Shown: positions 9,282-24,200, numbered from the stretch's first letter. The stretch is DNA of 64,000 nt from Aureliella sp. (GCA_963691875.1 OY829846.1:3232001-3296000); one strand, 5' to 3'. The notes: a model not told the origin generated them from the letters alone. Program-made: numbers and translations.

Positions 9282-12200
9282 ATGGCTAGCCACAATCCAG
9301 CCCGTCCAGTTTCCTCCGTCTACGAGAAGCAACTGCGACGCAACCGTTTGCGCAAGATTCTGATTGAAACTCTGGAGCGAAGAGAGCTCTTGGCTTCGGA
9401 CTTGGCATTCACTGCCTTTGCCGATGGCACCGACGACGCTTATATCCAGCAGTTCAAGCAAACCGGCGGCGTTGACCCAACAACCGCCACTGGGCGCTGG
9501 ACGAACAACGAAGTCACTTGGAGCATCGTTCCGGACGGCACCATCGACAGTGCGACGGGTGATCCTTCGAACTTGATCGCCTTTATGGATGCGGTCTATG
9601 GACGTGGGGACAACGGTGCCCTCCAAGATCGTCCTTGGTTCCCGCTATTTCAAAGCGCCTACGAGAGTTGGAGTAATGTCAGTGGCATCAACTTCACTTA
9701 CGAGGCGGCCGATGACGGGGCCCCAATTGATCAGACAAGCATTGGTGATGCCGGAGTTCGAGGTGACATTCGTATCGGTGGTCGCGATATCGATGGCAAC
9801 TTCAACTCTCTTGCATTGAACTATGCACCGAGTGATGGTGGAGCTTCAGGTCTCGACGGTGACATGATCATCGACACCAACGATGCTTGGTTCGTGGTCA
9901 ACGCGGAAGATGCAAGCGCAGAAAACCGCTTCTTGGCTAACTTGATTGCGCAGCAAGCCGGACATGGGCTTGGGTTGGGGCATCGAATTGACGCCGTCGG
10001 TGAAAAACTGATGGAGCATACCGTCACCGATGTCTTTGCAGGTCCGCAGCACGACGACATTCTTGGCGCTCAACGCATTTACGGTGACAGCGACGAAGGC
10101 AATAACAATCCTGGCTCGGCGACGCAACTTGGCAATCTCGGAAACGGAAGTGTCCGCATAGCTGGCAATTCAATTGATTCCAACGCCGACACTGATTGGT
10201 ATGGTTTCCGAATTCCTTCGAACGGCAAGATGACTTTGGCATTAAGTCCAACCGGTGAAATCTATGACGCCGGCGACGATGGTGGTGCTGTTTTAAGCTT
10301 AAATACGCAACGCAACATGTTGCTTGGCTTCCGCGTCATAGACGGGGCGACCATGACTACGCTCATTTCTGGAACAGCGGCCAGTTTGGGTGATTCGGTA
10401 TCCATTACCGACTTTTCTCTTCCGCGGACTGGGCCGGATGGTTATCTGATCGAGGTTACTGGCGCTGGTGCAGACATCCAGCAGTACAACCTGGACATCA
10501 CGCTCTCGGACATTTCAACTGACCTCCAAGTCGGCCCGACACTTCTTTCCGTTTCGCCTAACGTGGGTGAGATCTTCAGCTTCAACGGTATCAACCAACT
10601 CACGGAGGGGCCCAACGAGCTAACTTTGCGGTTTGACCGCGAGCTGTCTGATGCAGCGCTAGCAGGGTTCCAAATTTACCGCAGCGGCAAGGATCTTGAG
10701 TTCGATAACGGAAATGATGTAGTCATCACGCCAGGCTGGATTGGATTTGGCGAAACACGTCGGATCATCAAGGCGCGGTTTGCAAGTCCGCTCGTTGATG
10801 ATCTGTATCGCATCGAAGTGCTACAAGCAGGCATAACAGACACAGATGGCAATGCGCTCATTCCGCGAGTTGACGGAACCGATCGCGACGCCGTACTGTT
10901 CCGGCTTGAGCTAGGTGCATTGGTCAACGCAGTGGTGCCTCAGCCCGTGACAAGTCAGCCCGATGGCACTGTGACTCAGGCTCGTGACCAGATCGTTGTC
11001 TACTTCAACAACGATGACCTGCATCCAGAAGCAGTCACATCCACTGGCTCGCCGTCGGATCCAACGGTAGTCCGCCCTGAGTTCTACCAGTTAATCCTGA
11101 CGGAAGATTCGGTCACGCCAGGCGACGACACGGTATTCCGTCCCAACATGATCTCCTATGATCCTGCGACGGATAGTGCCACTCTGACATTTGCAAACGA
11201 CATCGATCAACTAGCTGGTGGGGCTGGCACCTTCCGCTTGCGTGTTGGTTCGAACATCCCTGTCAATTCCGCGGCGAATCCTCCGGTTATTCCGCGCTTC
11301 AGTCTAGGTGGCGACGTTGCTGGCTTCACTGCGGGAGCAGTCCCCCTCGGTGGACCCGATTTTATTGTCGCCCAAGAGTTAGTGAACACGCAAAACCAAC
11401 TGAATCTGGCTTACCCCGGAAGTGCGTTCTCAGATCCAGGGCATCGGGATGTAAATGGAACGAGCCACACTGGAGGCGCTCCAGATGTTGACCTGCAGGT
11501 AACTCAACAGTTCTATAACTTTGCCCTCGATCGCGATTATTTGCCCGGTGATCGAACATCCATCACTCCAGAGCAAATGGACCGCGTTCGCGAGATTTTC
11601 GAATACTGGGGGGCTCAACTCGGAATCGATTTCGTTGAGACAAGTGAAAAAAGTGACTTCACCGTGGTGGTTGGTCCGCTAAGTGGTGCGGGCGGAAGTC
11701 TTGGAACTATGATCGTTCCAGATCCGATTTTTGCACCTCAAGAGCGGCTTGTAATTCTAGACGCGGCGGAAGCATGGACGACTGAGGCAAGCTTGAACCC
11801 ATCCAGCTCAGGTGTTCCGTTCTTTGGAGAAGCCTTCCAGAGAATTGGGCAAATGCTTGGGTTGGGTCAGATTCAAGATCTGCCTGATGGAACGATTATG
11901 GCGCGTCGTGGCGCGGCGACGACCAACAATGAAGATGTGTATCCTGGTGATCATGATGTTGTTCATGGCCAGATGCTCTTCCGCCCTGATAACAAGGATG
12001 TCGACCTCTATCGTTTTGATGTGCCGGTTGGAGTATCGGGGCAGATTTCGATCGAGACCATGGCAGAGCGTCTCAGCGACAGCAGTAATGCAGACACTCA
12101 CATTACGCTCTTCCGTGAAACTTCCAGTGGACTAGAAGTGGTTGCATCCAATGACAACTACTTCAGTTCTGATTCGTACATCAAAATGGATGTTACGGCA

Positions 12201-15200
12201 GGCACTTATCTGATCGGTGTTACAGCATCCGGCAACGAGGACTTCAACCCTGTCATCGACAACACCGGAAGCGGTGGGACAAGCGAGGGACCTTATGAAC
12301 TACGCGTGAATTTCGACCCACAAGTCTCATCGACGATCGTCGACATCAATGGTTCAGCGCTGGACGGAGATGGTGACGGACTCGCTGGTGGCGAGTTTAA
12401 CTTCTGGTTCCGCGCGGCGGCTCCCGCAGATGTTGCACCAAGTGGTCCGAAGACTGTGTACGTGAACAAGGACTTTACTGGCGCGAGTACTGGTGAGTCG
12501 ATGGCGCCGTTCTCGTCTATCCCAGAAGCAATCGTAAATCGCTCCTCTGGTGACATCATTCGTATAGCCGCAACGATGGGGGCAGATGATGACGCCTCGA
12601 CGGTAGCTGACAATCCTGCTTACGAAATTGGACGTGGTGGGCTTGGCAATGGCATGCTTTCTGACGGGATTTCATTAGAGATTCCACAGGGCGTTACCGC
12701 CATGATCGATGCTGGTGCCATCTTTAAAATGGGCGGCAGTCGAGTCGTTGTGGGAAGTCGTGACGCAGGTACAGACAATAGCTTTGCAGGTCTCCAAGTT
12801 CTGGGAACACCTGGCAATCCAGTGATCTTTACTAGTATCGATGATGAGAGCATCGGTATCGATACCAATCCGATTCCGACCCAGCCGCAAGCCGGCCAAT
12901 GGGGCGGTATCGAATTCCGCAATGATGTGGATCGTGAACAAGGTCGCGGAGATTTTGAGCGTCAAGGGATCTTCCTGAACTATGTCGGATACGCAGACAT
13001 GCGTTTTGGCGGTGGGCAAGTTTTGGCGACCTTCCCAAGCCCGACCGTCAGCCCGCTGCAGATGAGCGAAGCGCGTCCTACACTGCTGAACAATAGCATA
13101 AGCCAGAGTGCTGACTCAGCGATGTCGGCGGATCCCGATAGTTTTGAAGAAACAATCTTCACCGAACCAAGGTATCAACTAGCTGATACCTTTAACTCCG
13201 ATTACAACCGGATCGGTCCTGACATCCGCGGTACGATGCTGGAAGACAATTCAATCAACGGGTTGTTCATCCGAGTCGAAACACTTGCTGGAAACGAAAT
13301 CGATCAACTGGATGTCCAAGCTCGCTTTGACGATACCGACATCCCACACGTGCTTGGTCAGAACTTGCTGATTCGTGGAACCCCAGGTGGTGCGGTTCAT
13401 GACGCAGCGCGACCAGATGTGAGCTTGGTGAATTTCAATGATAAGTCAGGAAGTTTGGTCCCCGGCGAGACACACAGCTACATTGTGAGCTGGGTCGATC
13501 GATTCGGTGGGGAAAGCTTGCCTAGCGTTGCTACCACTATCCACACAGTTGGTTCAACGGGCGGCGTGCAGCTGAATAGCTTGCCACGAGCGACCGGTGA
13601 TTTTGTCGGTCGATACCTGTACCGCAGTGCCAATGGAGGGGTTGGTCCCTTCACACTGGTTGCTGAGTTGGATTCCGATTCCACCAGTTTTGTTGATGCA
13701 GGCCAGGACTTAGGGTCCGAGCATCCAGATCCCACGATAGCTTCCATTCACCGAGCTCGTCCTGACGCAAGACTTGCGATTGATCCGGGCATCTTGATCA
13801 AGGCGACGAGCTCGCGGATCGAGGTGGGTATCAGTGGACAATTGATTGCCGAAGGTACAGATGGCAAGCCCATTATCTTCACCAGTCGTTTTGATGACCG
13901 GTACGGAGCTGCTGGTGTCTTTGATACCAACAATGATGGTGCAACCACCTCCTCCAATCCAGGCGATTGGTCGGGTATTGTCGCGAGACATGAGTCCTCG
14001 CTGAGCCTGGATCACACCCTAGTTACATTTGCTGGTGGTATATCTTCGCTGCCCGGCGGATTCGCAGGTTTCAACGCCCTCGAGCTGCATCAGACCGATG
14101 CACGCGTTGCAAATTCGACCTTCGAGAACAATGCAAATGGCTTGGGCGGAAATCTCGGAGCTGGCACTCGAGTTGGGCGTGGGACACATGATGAGAGCGT
14201 GATCTTTGTACGTGGTAGTCAGCCTGTCATCATCGACAACGTGATTCGCGACAATACCGATGGAGCTGCAGCGATTAGCATCGATGCGAATTCCCTCAAA
14301 TCCTTCTCGGTCCAAGATGGTGGGCGTGAAACGGGTGCAAGTGATAGCATGCCCGGAGCGATCGGGAATGTTGGTCCGTTGGTCCGAGGGAACCTCCTTG
14401 CAGGCAATAGCCTCAATGGGATAAATATTCGTGGTGGTGCCACGGAATTGACTACAGAGACCGTCTGGGATGACACCGACATGGTACACATCCTGCAGGA
14501 CGATATCGTGGTAGGCAACTTCCACACTTTCGGTGGATTGCGTTTGCAGAGTCGCCCTGGCGAGAGTTTAGTCGTTAAGTCTGGCAATGGAGCAGCGATC
14601 ACTGCAACCGGAACTGCACTTGATATCCCGGATCGAATCGGCGGTGCAGTCAGGATTTTAGGTGTACCAGGCTTCCCCGTCATTATGACGAGCTTGGCCG
14701 ACGATACCGTTGGAGCAGGTTTTGGGCCAGACGGTGACGTCCAAACAGATACGAACGGGAACGGTGCATCAACTGGCGCACCAGGACAATGGCAAGGTAT
14801 TGTTCTCGAGTCGCTATCCAACGATAGGAATGTAAATACGATTCTGGAACTTGAGCCAGATGAAGTACAAGGTTCTGGAAGTAACAATGGACCTCTTCAG
14901 GCCCAGCTGCTCGGCCAGCTCGCTGACGATCTAGACGCCGGAGATGAGAATCTGCGTCTTGGGTTTACTGTACAAGGAAACATTGCCACCGAATCCGATC
15001 TCGATGTCTACAAATTTGTGGGTAACGCTGGTTCGACTGTGTGGATCGACATTGACCGCACGGGAGCAGCTTTGGATTCGGTTGTTGAAGTGCTTGACAT
15101 CTTTGGACGTGTGCTAGCCCAGAGTGACAACTCGATCGCTGAGTCGCAAGCTGGCAATGTGCTGTTTACTGATCCGGGTGTTCTGCCGGGAACCGTGCAT

Positions 15201-18200
15201 GTGATGGATCAAGACCCTTTCGCAGCGACCGACGGTCTGTCCGGTGTTGACGTGGATTTCCAGACGACGAATCCCGCAGATGCTGGCTTGCGGATTGAGC
15301 TACCAGGTGCATCTGGCACACCGAATGACTACTATATTCGCGTGCGTTCGAGCAATGTCGGTCCGACACAAAACCAAACGCGCTTACAAGATCCAGCGAG
15401 GGACAGTGAGGGCCTCACAACTGGTACTTATCGCCTGAATGTTCGTCTGCAACAGCAGGATGAAATTGGAGGCTCAACCGTTCGCTACGCAGATATTCGG
15501 TTTGCGAGCACTGGGATCGACGTTAATGGATTGCCGCGGCATTCCAACCTGTTGGGGACTTCATCGGATCTAGGAGCAGTTCCAGGAAACGACTGGGCCG
15601 CCCGAGCATTGAACGTGGGTAATATCGGCCAATCCGATCGAGCAAGCATCTCATTGGCAGGTGATTTGACTGCTGATGTTGATGTCGACTGGTACCGCTT
15701 CGACGTAGAGGGGGTTCAAGGTGCGTCCACACCAGCCATCACACTTGATGTCGATTACGCAGACGGGTTCGGTCGTCCTGACACAAGTTTGTGGGTGTAT
15801 GAGCTCGTTGATAACAATGAGCTGAAGCTGACCTACATCGGAACCGATTCAGATGTTTCGGATGATCAGGCTCGTTCCGAACAAGGTCTAGACGTAGGTG
15901 ACTTTTCTCGAGGATCCGCTGGCACGAATGATCCGTTCATTGGTTCCCGCAACTTCGCACCTGGAACTTACCTAGTTGCGGTAACCAGTGGCAGTCGACA
16001 GGCAGACAATTTGCTGCAGTACACTGCGCGAACTTCCACGCGTCCTCACTTCTCAACAGGCTTCCGTCTTGTACCGATCAGCCCTCGTCTGTTTAGTGTT
16101 TCTGATCCGGATGTACTGGACATCGGTGGCTTATCACCGGTACCATTCAATTTGGCTGACCTAACCGCTTTCACGCTCACAACTAGACCCACACTATCGG
16201 GTGATGTTTCGAATCTGGTATTTACCAATCCGTTTACGGGGGTGACAGAAGCTGAAGTCGGCGATAACTTCCCTGACGCAGTCAAGGACTTTGCACTTCG
16301 AACAGATCCCACGACAGACGGCTACCTGGTTGGCTTTGGCCAGGGCATCAATGACGAAGAGGCCGGCGAATTCTATCGATTTGATTCAGCTGGTGATGGT
16401 GCTGTCGCAAGTGGGTTGGTGGGTAACGCGGGAATGGTAACCTTCTCGACGACCCAAACGACCGATGCAAACGGCAACACGACTTTTGCAGTCAGGCAAC
16501 AAGAGACTGAACCTGGTTCAGAAGAATTCAATGGCATCGGTGTCCAAATCGAGGGGCTCACGTTCCAAAACGATGGCGCTAATCTTTTTGGTGTGGGTTT
16601 CCGAGACGAATTCTTTTCAGCCGTGTTCGGTGATCCCGCCAATCCAGACACGGTCACCGGGCGAACACCCGAAGAAGGCGGTAACTATGTGTACCGCTTC
16701 AACCCTGACACGGGTGCAGTAATCGGTAACGCGGGGGAAACTCGGACGACGGTTCAGACACAGACTCAAGGGGCGGGCACCAATGCTGTCGAGTATTTCG
16801 AGCTCGATTCCACCGGTCTAGTCACTGGTTTGACGTCTATTGACGGTGACGAGGTAGGCCAGTTGTTTGCGGTTAGTGACCAGGGTGAGTTCTACCGGAT
16901 GGCAATGCGCAGCGATGGTTCGCAAACGTTTACGGGGCTGCCAGAAACTATACCCTCACTTAGAACCTTAAGGGATGGTGGAACAGCAATTCCATTTACG
17001 GGGCTGGGCGTCGGGCCTAGCAATCTCGCGAACAACATCTTGTTTGGTGTTACCGCTGACGGGACTATTTATGCTTTCGACACACTTGGCGATTTCCAAA
17101 ACATCTTTCCGAATGGTGATTTCAAGGTTCGCTCCCAGGCTCTTGGCGCGTCCAATGTCCACGATATGGAATTCTCGCCGCTGGATCAAAACCTTTGGCA
17201 CAGAACGGACAACAATGCAGATGACGGGGGCGACGGCTTTGGTGGTACCGTAAGTTTGCGTTTCGGATTTGAAGATCCAAGAGTGGAACCCGATCCAAGA
17301 TTTCGTCAGCCTGGAACTTGGTCCGACCGAGTTATCGATGACCGCACCGGAAACCTGATGTTCCCAGGCGGTGCTGAGGGCGCGTTGGAAAGTGATTTGA
17401 TCGACCTCAGTGCCTATAGCGCTTCAGATGAACCCCATCTCTACTTCAGCTATAACGCCGATCGTACCGACGTTTCCCTGGGCGAAGTGAATGTTCTAGA
17501 TGCTTTGAGAGTCTACGCAGCTGATGATACCGGTGAATGGACGCAACTCGCGTCCAATAATGCCAATGAGGCTGGCCCTGAACTATTTGATTCCGCCGAA
17601 TGGCGTCAGGCACGGATCTCGCTCGCTGATTTCGCGGGTAAGCCTGATATCAGACTGCGATTCGAGTTTACAACGGGTGGATTCCGCGCTGGACGGGCCA
17701 ACTTTGATGGTGAAGAACTAACGGCGATCCCGGGTGCAAGCTTCAACGTTGGTGATCCGGCGGCACGGCGGTTTACGGTAGCATCCGTCGACCAGGCAAA
17801 CGCGCAGCTTGGGGACTTCGAGTTTGATTTCGGACTGGTACTCAACTTGCCAGCTGGTGCTTCGATTGAAGACGGTGATACCATTTCGGTTGGCGGGACC
17901 CCAATGGTATTCCAAACCAATCCGACTGCGGCAAATCATGTCTTCTATCGAGCGGATATGCCACCTTCGGTTGTCGCTGCAAGCCTTTCCGCGCGACTCC
18001 AGGGGTTCCTTGGGCTGAATGTCGTTACGAATCCCGAATTGCCCAACATGTTGAACGTCACGAATGCACTTCCATTTGGAAATAGCGTGACGGGTTTGCC
18101 AAACTCTGTAATTGTTGACCTACCTGGTGTCGCCCCTGGCCGCACGGCTATCCGCATCACACAGGCGAGTTCCGCACAGCAGGTTCTTGCGGCCGTTAGA

Positions 18201-21200
18201 CAAGCGCTGGCCAATGAGTTCAATGTCGCTGGCCAGCAAAATAACCTCGGCGTTTGGCCCACCTATGGTGACACGGTGAAGTTGTATAAATACACGGTCA
18301 CTCTTGGGAACGCCGACTCGACGGAAACTCTCCGACTGGTAAACGCTGCAAATAGGGGTGACAGATTTAGTAATGACGGTAATCCCCCTAATGAGCCAGC
18401 TGTGCAGGTTACTCAGCAGAGAAGGGCTCAGCGGAATAATTTCCCTGGGGTGTATATCGACAACATCATCATTGGTCTGGCAGAACGCGGGGAGTTCGCT
18501 GAAGGAGCTGCCAGCGTTGGGCCAAACCAGGCTGCTAACGACGATGACATTTTTCAGGGCTTAGGATCACTGGGGCGATACCAGCTTGAGATTCGAACCT
18601 CAAGCAGCCGTGTACTTGATAGCAATTCTCGATACGCTCCTGGGCTTGGTTTTGAGGTCACCAGTGCGTCAGGTATTGCGGACGGGCAGACGTTTGAACT
18701 AACGGATGGTGTTGATGCCGTAACTTTCGAATTCAACGTTGTACCTGATCGCACGAATCCCGCCGGAGATCCAGCGGGTGATGTTATTCCTGGTAATGTT
18801 TCCATCCTTCTGCAGCCGGATGATACAGCCGAAAATATCGCAAAGCAAATTGTAGCAGCAGTAAATTCGCCAACAGTCCAAAGCCTGTTGGCGGTTTCAG
18901 CCCACGTTCAGTCCAATAGCCGAAATGTCGAATTCCATGGTCCCGCATCCTTCTCGCTTGATGGAAGCTCCTTCACCGGAGTTCCAGCGTTGGACTTAGG
19001 CGTAGATGATAGCGACAATGATCAAGCGCCGTGGGGTCGAAATCTGCCCGGCGAAGATCATGGCGACTCTAATCGCTATCGAGACCAGGGCGTTGTGTTG
19101 ATCGAGTCAACATTTGTCAGTAATAGCCAGAATTGGGGAATTGACGTTGATGCAGACGCTCGAGCTCCTGAAAGCCCGACCTCTCCAGGTTCTCCAATTC
19201 ACTACCCAACAGACAATCCGGATAATTTGGCTCCTGGAGTCGTCTTACTCAACAATGTTTTGGACTCAAATACTGTCGGTGGAATCTTGATTTCCGGTGT
19301 CGAGTTGAATGACCTCTCCAACGCTGGACGTGACATTAAACGGCCTTCTCCGGTTGCTCGTGTCGTCAATAACACTATCTTTGGTGACGGAAGCGGTACT
19401 GGTATTCGTGTCAACGATGATGCGGCGCCGTACATCTTGAACAATATCCTGGCTGAGAATGGCGTTGGTATCGAAGTTATTGGAAGCCTCTCGCAGTTGC
19501 GAACCACTGTGGGTGCGAACTTCTACTTTGGTAATACAACGAATACCGCCGGAGTCACCAATGAAGCGTTTGCTGGTGTCAGCACGACTTCACCTTTTTT
19601 AGATGCTGCAACCGGAAACTTCTACTTGCGTCCGGGCAGCAACGCCATCGACAGTTCGATCGACGAGCTCGCGGAAGCAGCTTCCTTGGCTGCACTAAAG
19701 AGTGCGATTGGTTTACCGCCAAGTCCAGCTTTGGCCCCAGATAGCGATGTGGCTGGCCAGCGACGTGTCGATGATCCTAATGTGAGCTCTCCAGCTGGTC
19801 TTGGCTCCAACATCTTTAAGGATCGCGGTGCATACGATCGAGCGGATTTCATTGGCTTACAAGCGATTCTCCAGGAACCGGTCGATAATGACTCTCGCGG
19901 TCTAGACATCGAAAGTGCTCCAACCGTCGTGCAGCTGAGCGAGGGAGGCCTGCGATTCTTCGAAGTTCTGCTGGTCGATCCGTTCGGTGGTAGCGGTCCA
20001 GATAACGCGACAGTCAACGCCGAGAACGTGATTCTGACCGAGAATGGTGAGCGTTTGATACCAGGTGCCGACTATGTGTTTGGCTACAACACAAGCAATC
20101 GTACGATTCGCTTTACGCCTTTGTCCGGCCTATGGCGTGATGATAGCGTCTATGAGATTACTTTAGTCAACAATGATGCATTCGTTCTCGATCTACCTGC
20201 CGACGGGAGATCAATTGCTGATGGCGATACGCTTGCAGTTACCGTGGGTGGGACCACGCATCAGTTTGAGTGGGATACGGATGAAACAACAACGTCCGGA
20301 ACCGCGATACCGTTTAAGCAGGACTACAGTCAGTCTGCTCTTACCTTTGCCTTGTTGAAGGCACTCAAGGACGTCGGAATCGTGGCCTTTGTCCAAGGTT
20401 CGTCAGGCATCATGGTGCCAGGTGCATCTGTATCCGGCACACCTGGTGGAAGTGTGGTAACAGCGATTCGCGACATCGCAGGCAATCGCTTACAGCCCAA
20501 CCGTCCGACTGACCTGACTCAGTTCACCCTGTTCATGCCAGAAGTCAAATTCGACTACGGTGACGGCCCGAATCCTGCCTCGGTACTACTTGCAAATGAT
20601 GCAGCACGACACAGCATCTTGCCAATCGATGTTGCCAATCCAAAATTGGGAAGCTTCGTCGATGCTGACATGGATGGTGTTTCAAGCAACTCGTCGTCTG
20701 CCGATGACCTTGAAGTTCGTGTTCTACCGAGCTCTACAATTCCAGGCCTCAGTTTTGGTGTGGAAGGTCAGGGAGTTCTGACTCTACCCATACCAAGTGC
20801 TGCTTTGGATGGACAGGTCGTCACCATCGTCAGCGGTCTCAGTACGTTGGACTTCGAGTTTGACAACGATGGAAGTGCTTCGGGTATTCCTGTTGACTTC
20901 TCGGGTGCGACCACAGCCGACGATGTAGCAGACTCTCTGCGGGCCGCAATCGAATCCGAGTTGTTCGCGGGCAGATTGAACGATATTGCCCCAACTACGA
21001 ATGGCGCTGTGTTGAACATCGGAGCCGCACCGCACGTGTCGGTTGACGTGACGGCTGCTCCTGATGTTACCCAGACGATTGCCGGCAACATCGAAGTCCG
21101 GTTCGGATCGGGTGTACTCGCTGATAGCCAATTTATGGAGATCCTCGATGGCAGCGGGCAAACCATTCGATTCGAACTAAACGACACATCTGCACCTGGT

Positions 21201-24200
21201 GAATTCCGATTGCCAAGCGAGACCTTGGCTTTGGTTAACGTCGACTTGACAACCGCTACTACAGAGGACGTGGTACAAGCCATTGCAGACGAGATCAACG
21301 TTCGCGTTGCACTTGGTGCATTGGGCTTGGGCCCTGCAGTAGCCAATGGTACCTCGCTGTTCATCAATGGTGATGACGAGCAAGGTGTGACCTTTGGCGG
21401 GCTATTGAACTCGCTCGCCCTACCTGTACCTGTAACGGTTACGTCGACTGATACCGGTGTTCTCGATGCTTGGATTGACTACAGTGGCGATGGTTTATTT
21501 ACTCCTGACGAGCAGATTGCTGATACCATGCTGCTTCTGCCAGGCGCCAACACCTTCTTGGTCACCGTACCTAACACGGCTCAAGCTGGCTTCACTACAA
21601 GTCGCTTCCGTGTAAGTAAAACCGGTAATGTCTTGGCCAACGGTTTGGCATTGGGCGGCGAGGTAGAAGACCACTTGGTAGAGATCGTCGCTGGTACACC
21701 TCCAGTCGCCTTAGACGATTCATACCGTGTTAACGAGGACGAGCCACTAAGCGTAACTGCCCCCGGCATTTTGGCGAACGACTCAGATATAGACAGTTTG
21801 AGCTTTGGTATTCGGGATGAAGATCCCTTGAAGCCAGATGTCCAGCCGTTTGAAGACGTCAAACGTGGAAACTTAGTGCTCAGGGCAGACGGCTCTTTTG
21901 ACTATATGCCCGAGCCAGATTTCTTCGGTGTCGATACCTTTGTTTACTTCGTTCAAGACGAACGGCTAACGAGTGGTACTGCCGCGACAGTAACGATTAA
22001 CGTCAGTCCGATCAATGACGTTCCAGATCCGTTTGATGATGAAATCACGATCCACGAGGATCAGTCTGTTGTGGTTGACGGCGAGTTCTTGACTCGCAAC
22101 GACTTCAAGGGACAGCACGGCACGGACTCGCAGTTCAATGAATTGCCGCAAACGCTTACTATCATCGAGGCGACCATCTCTGCACCACCACTATTTGCTG
22201 GGCAGACTGTCATGGTGATGAACAACGAATTGCACTTCACTCCACCGGCACACTACACGAGTCAGACGGACGGTGCCGTCAAGGTGGAGGTTACCGTTAC
22301 AGATGATGGCCAGTCCTTCAATGACATCAGCGGTGTGATTGAAGATGATTCCCAAGAAGCAGTAAGCACATTGACGATCAATATCATTGAGCTGAATGAT
22401 TCACCAGAGTTCAACATGACGTCAAACTTGAATCATCTCGAAGACGCCGGACCTCAAGATGTGCCTGAATTCATCTCTAACATTATGCCTGGGCCGAATC
22501 CAGCAATTGATGAGGGTGCCGATGTCGAGAATCAATCTGTTGCCTTTACAGCAACTGCTCTAGATCCGACGCTTTTTGCAAGTGGTCCAAGTATTGATGC
22601 AAATGGCGATTTGAGCTACGAAGTTGCTGAGCACGTAAACAGCAATGCTCCATTTCCACCACAACTTTTGGTGGAAGTTGCTGCGGTGGACTCAGGGGCG
22701 GGAGACACGATCCTCACCAATGTATTTGATCCTACAGAAGTCGCATCCACCTCAGAGAGCTATGACGGTGTAAAGCTGACCATTACGGACACGAACGGCA
22801 ACGTTGTTGTCTTCGAGTTCGATGATGCTGCTTTGCCAGGCGTCGGCTCAACAGGAGGGATTCCGCATGCGGCTATTGGCTACGATGCGACCGACACCAA
22901 TGCCACGGTATCTGCCAAGATTGCAGAAGCAATTTCCACTCCTCCAGCTGCTTCGATTTCTGCTGGTACTGGCCCTTGGGTTGCTAAGTCCTTTGTAGAT
23001 GCAGTCAACGGAGACATCCGGGTTGTCAGTGATGCGTCGACTGTAGTGACTCCCGCCGATATTACAATTACATTGACCAACCTGTTTACTGGGCTGGTTG
23101 GTGCTCAGAGCTACGACGGTGCTACCTTCACCTTGGTGGACGGCAATAGCAACATCATCACGTTTGAGTTGAACGATACAACTGATGCAGCTCCTGCAAC
23201 GCCCGGAGTCACTGCTGGACACGCAGCGATCAACTATGATCCGACCTTCACGAAGGATCAGTTGAGCCAGGCGATCAGTGATGCGATCAACACACCTGAC
23301 CCAGCGATTACAGGTGGCTTGCCAACCCCTTGGATTGCCAACTCGCTGTTGCCACCTGGTAGTTCAACCCTGCAGCTGACAAGCGTCATTTCGCTCGGGT
23401 TGAGCAACAGTACCAGCACGATCGTGAATCCGCTCGAAACCGAAGTGGTTACCAAGTCGGTTCCAGTCGACTATCGTCCAGCCCACGACGCACCGGTACA
23501 AACGTTTACAATCACCATTGAGCCGGTCAATGATGCTCCTGAATTCGACATGACTACTCCTCTGGAACTTCTTGAGGATGCAGGTCCGCAAAACTTCACG
23601 GACTTTGTGACAGGTGCTGTTGCTGGTCCTGGGGGAGCATTGGATGAAAGCAGCCAGAATCTGACGCTCAATGTTTTTGCCGTAGATCCATCCGCATTTT
23701 TGGTGCAGCCGACGGTTGTGTTTGATTCGCTAACCGGTACCGCCGATCTGCAATTCGATCTAAACCCAGATGTGAACAACGAAACAGGCCACGATCTACG
23801 AATCGTTGTTTCGCTCATGGACGATGGCGGCACCGCAAATACTGGAGTCGACGTCTCAGTACAAACTTTGGCGCTCGATGTAACGCCTGTGAACGACCGT
23901 CCGAGCTTTGATCTCGCAGAAACAGAACTGACTTACTTGGAAGACAACGAGTCGGTCACAGGGAACGCCCCGACACGCTACGAGAACTTTGCTGTCAACG
24001 CGACTCAAGGACCTGGGACTGCAGTCGACGAGACTACTTTGCCAGCGACGAAGCAGACACTGCTCTACCAAACCATTTCGGTTTCTGATCCAAGTCTGTT
24101 CTCGCAATTGCCTGCGATTACTCCTGATGGCCACTTGGAATTCCATACGGCACCTGATGCAAACGGTACCGCAGTGATTTCGGTTCGATTGCTAGACAAC

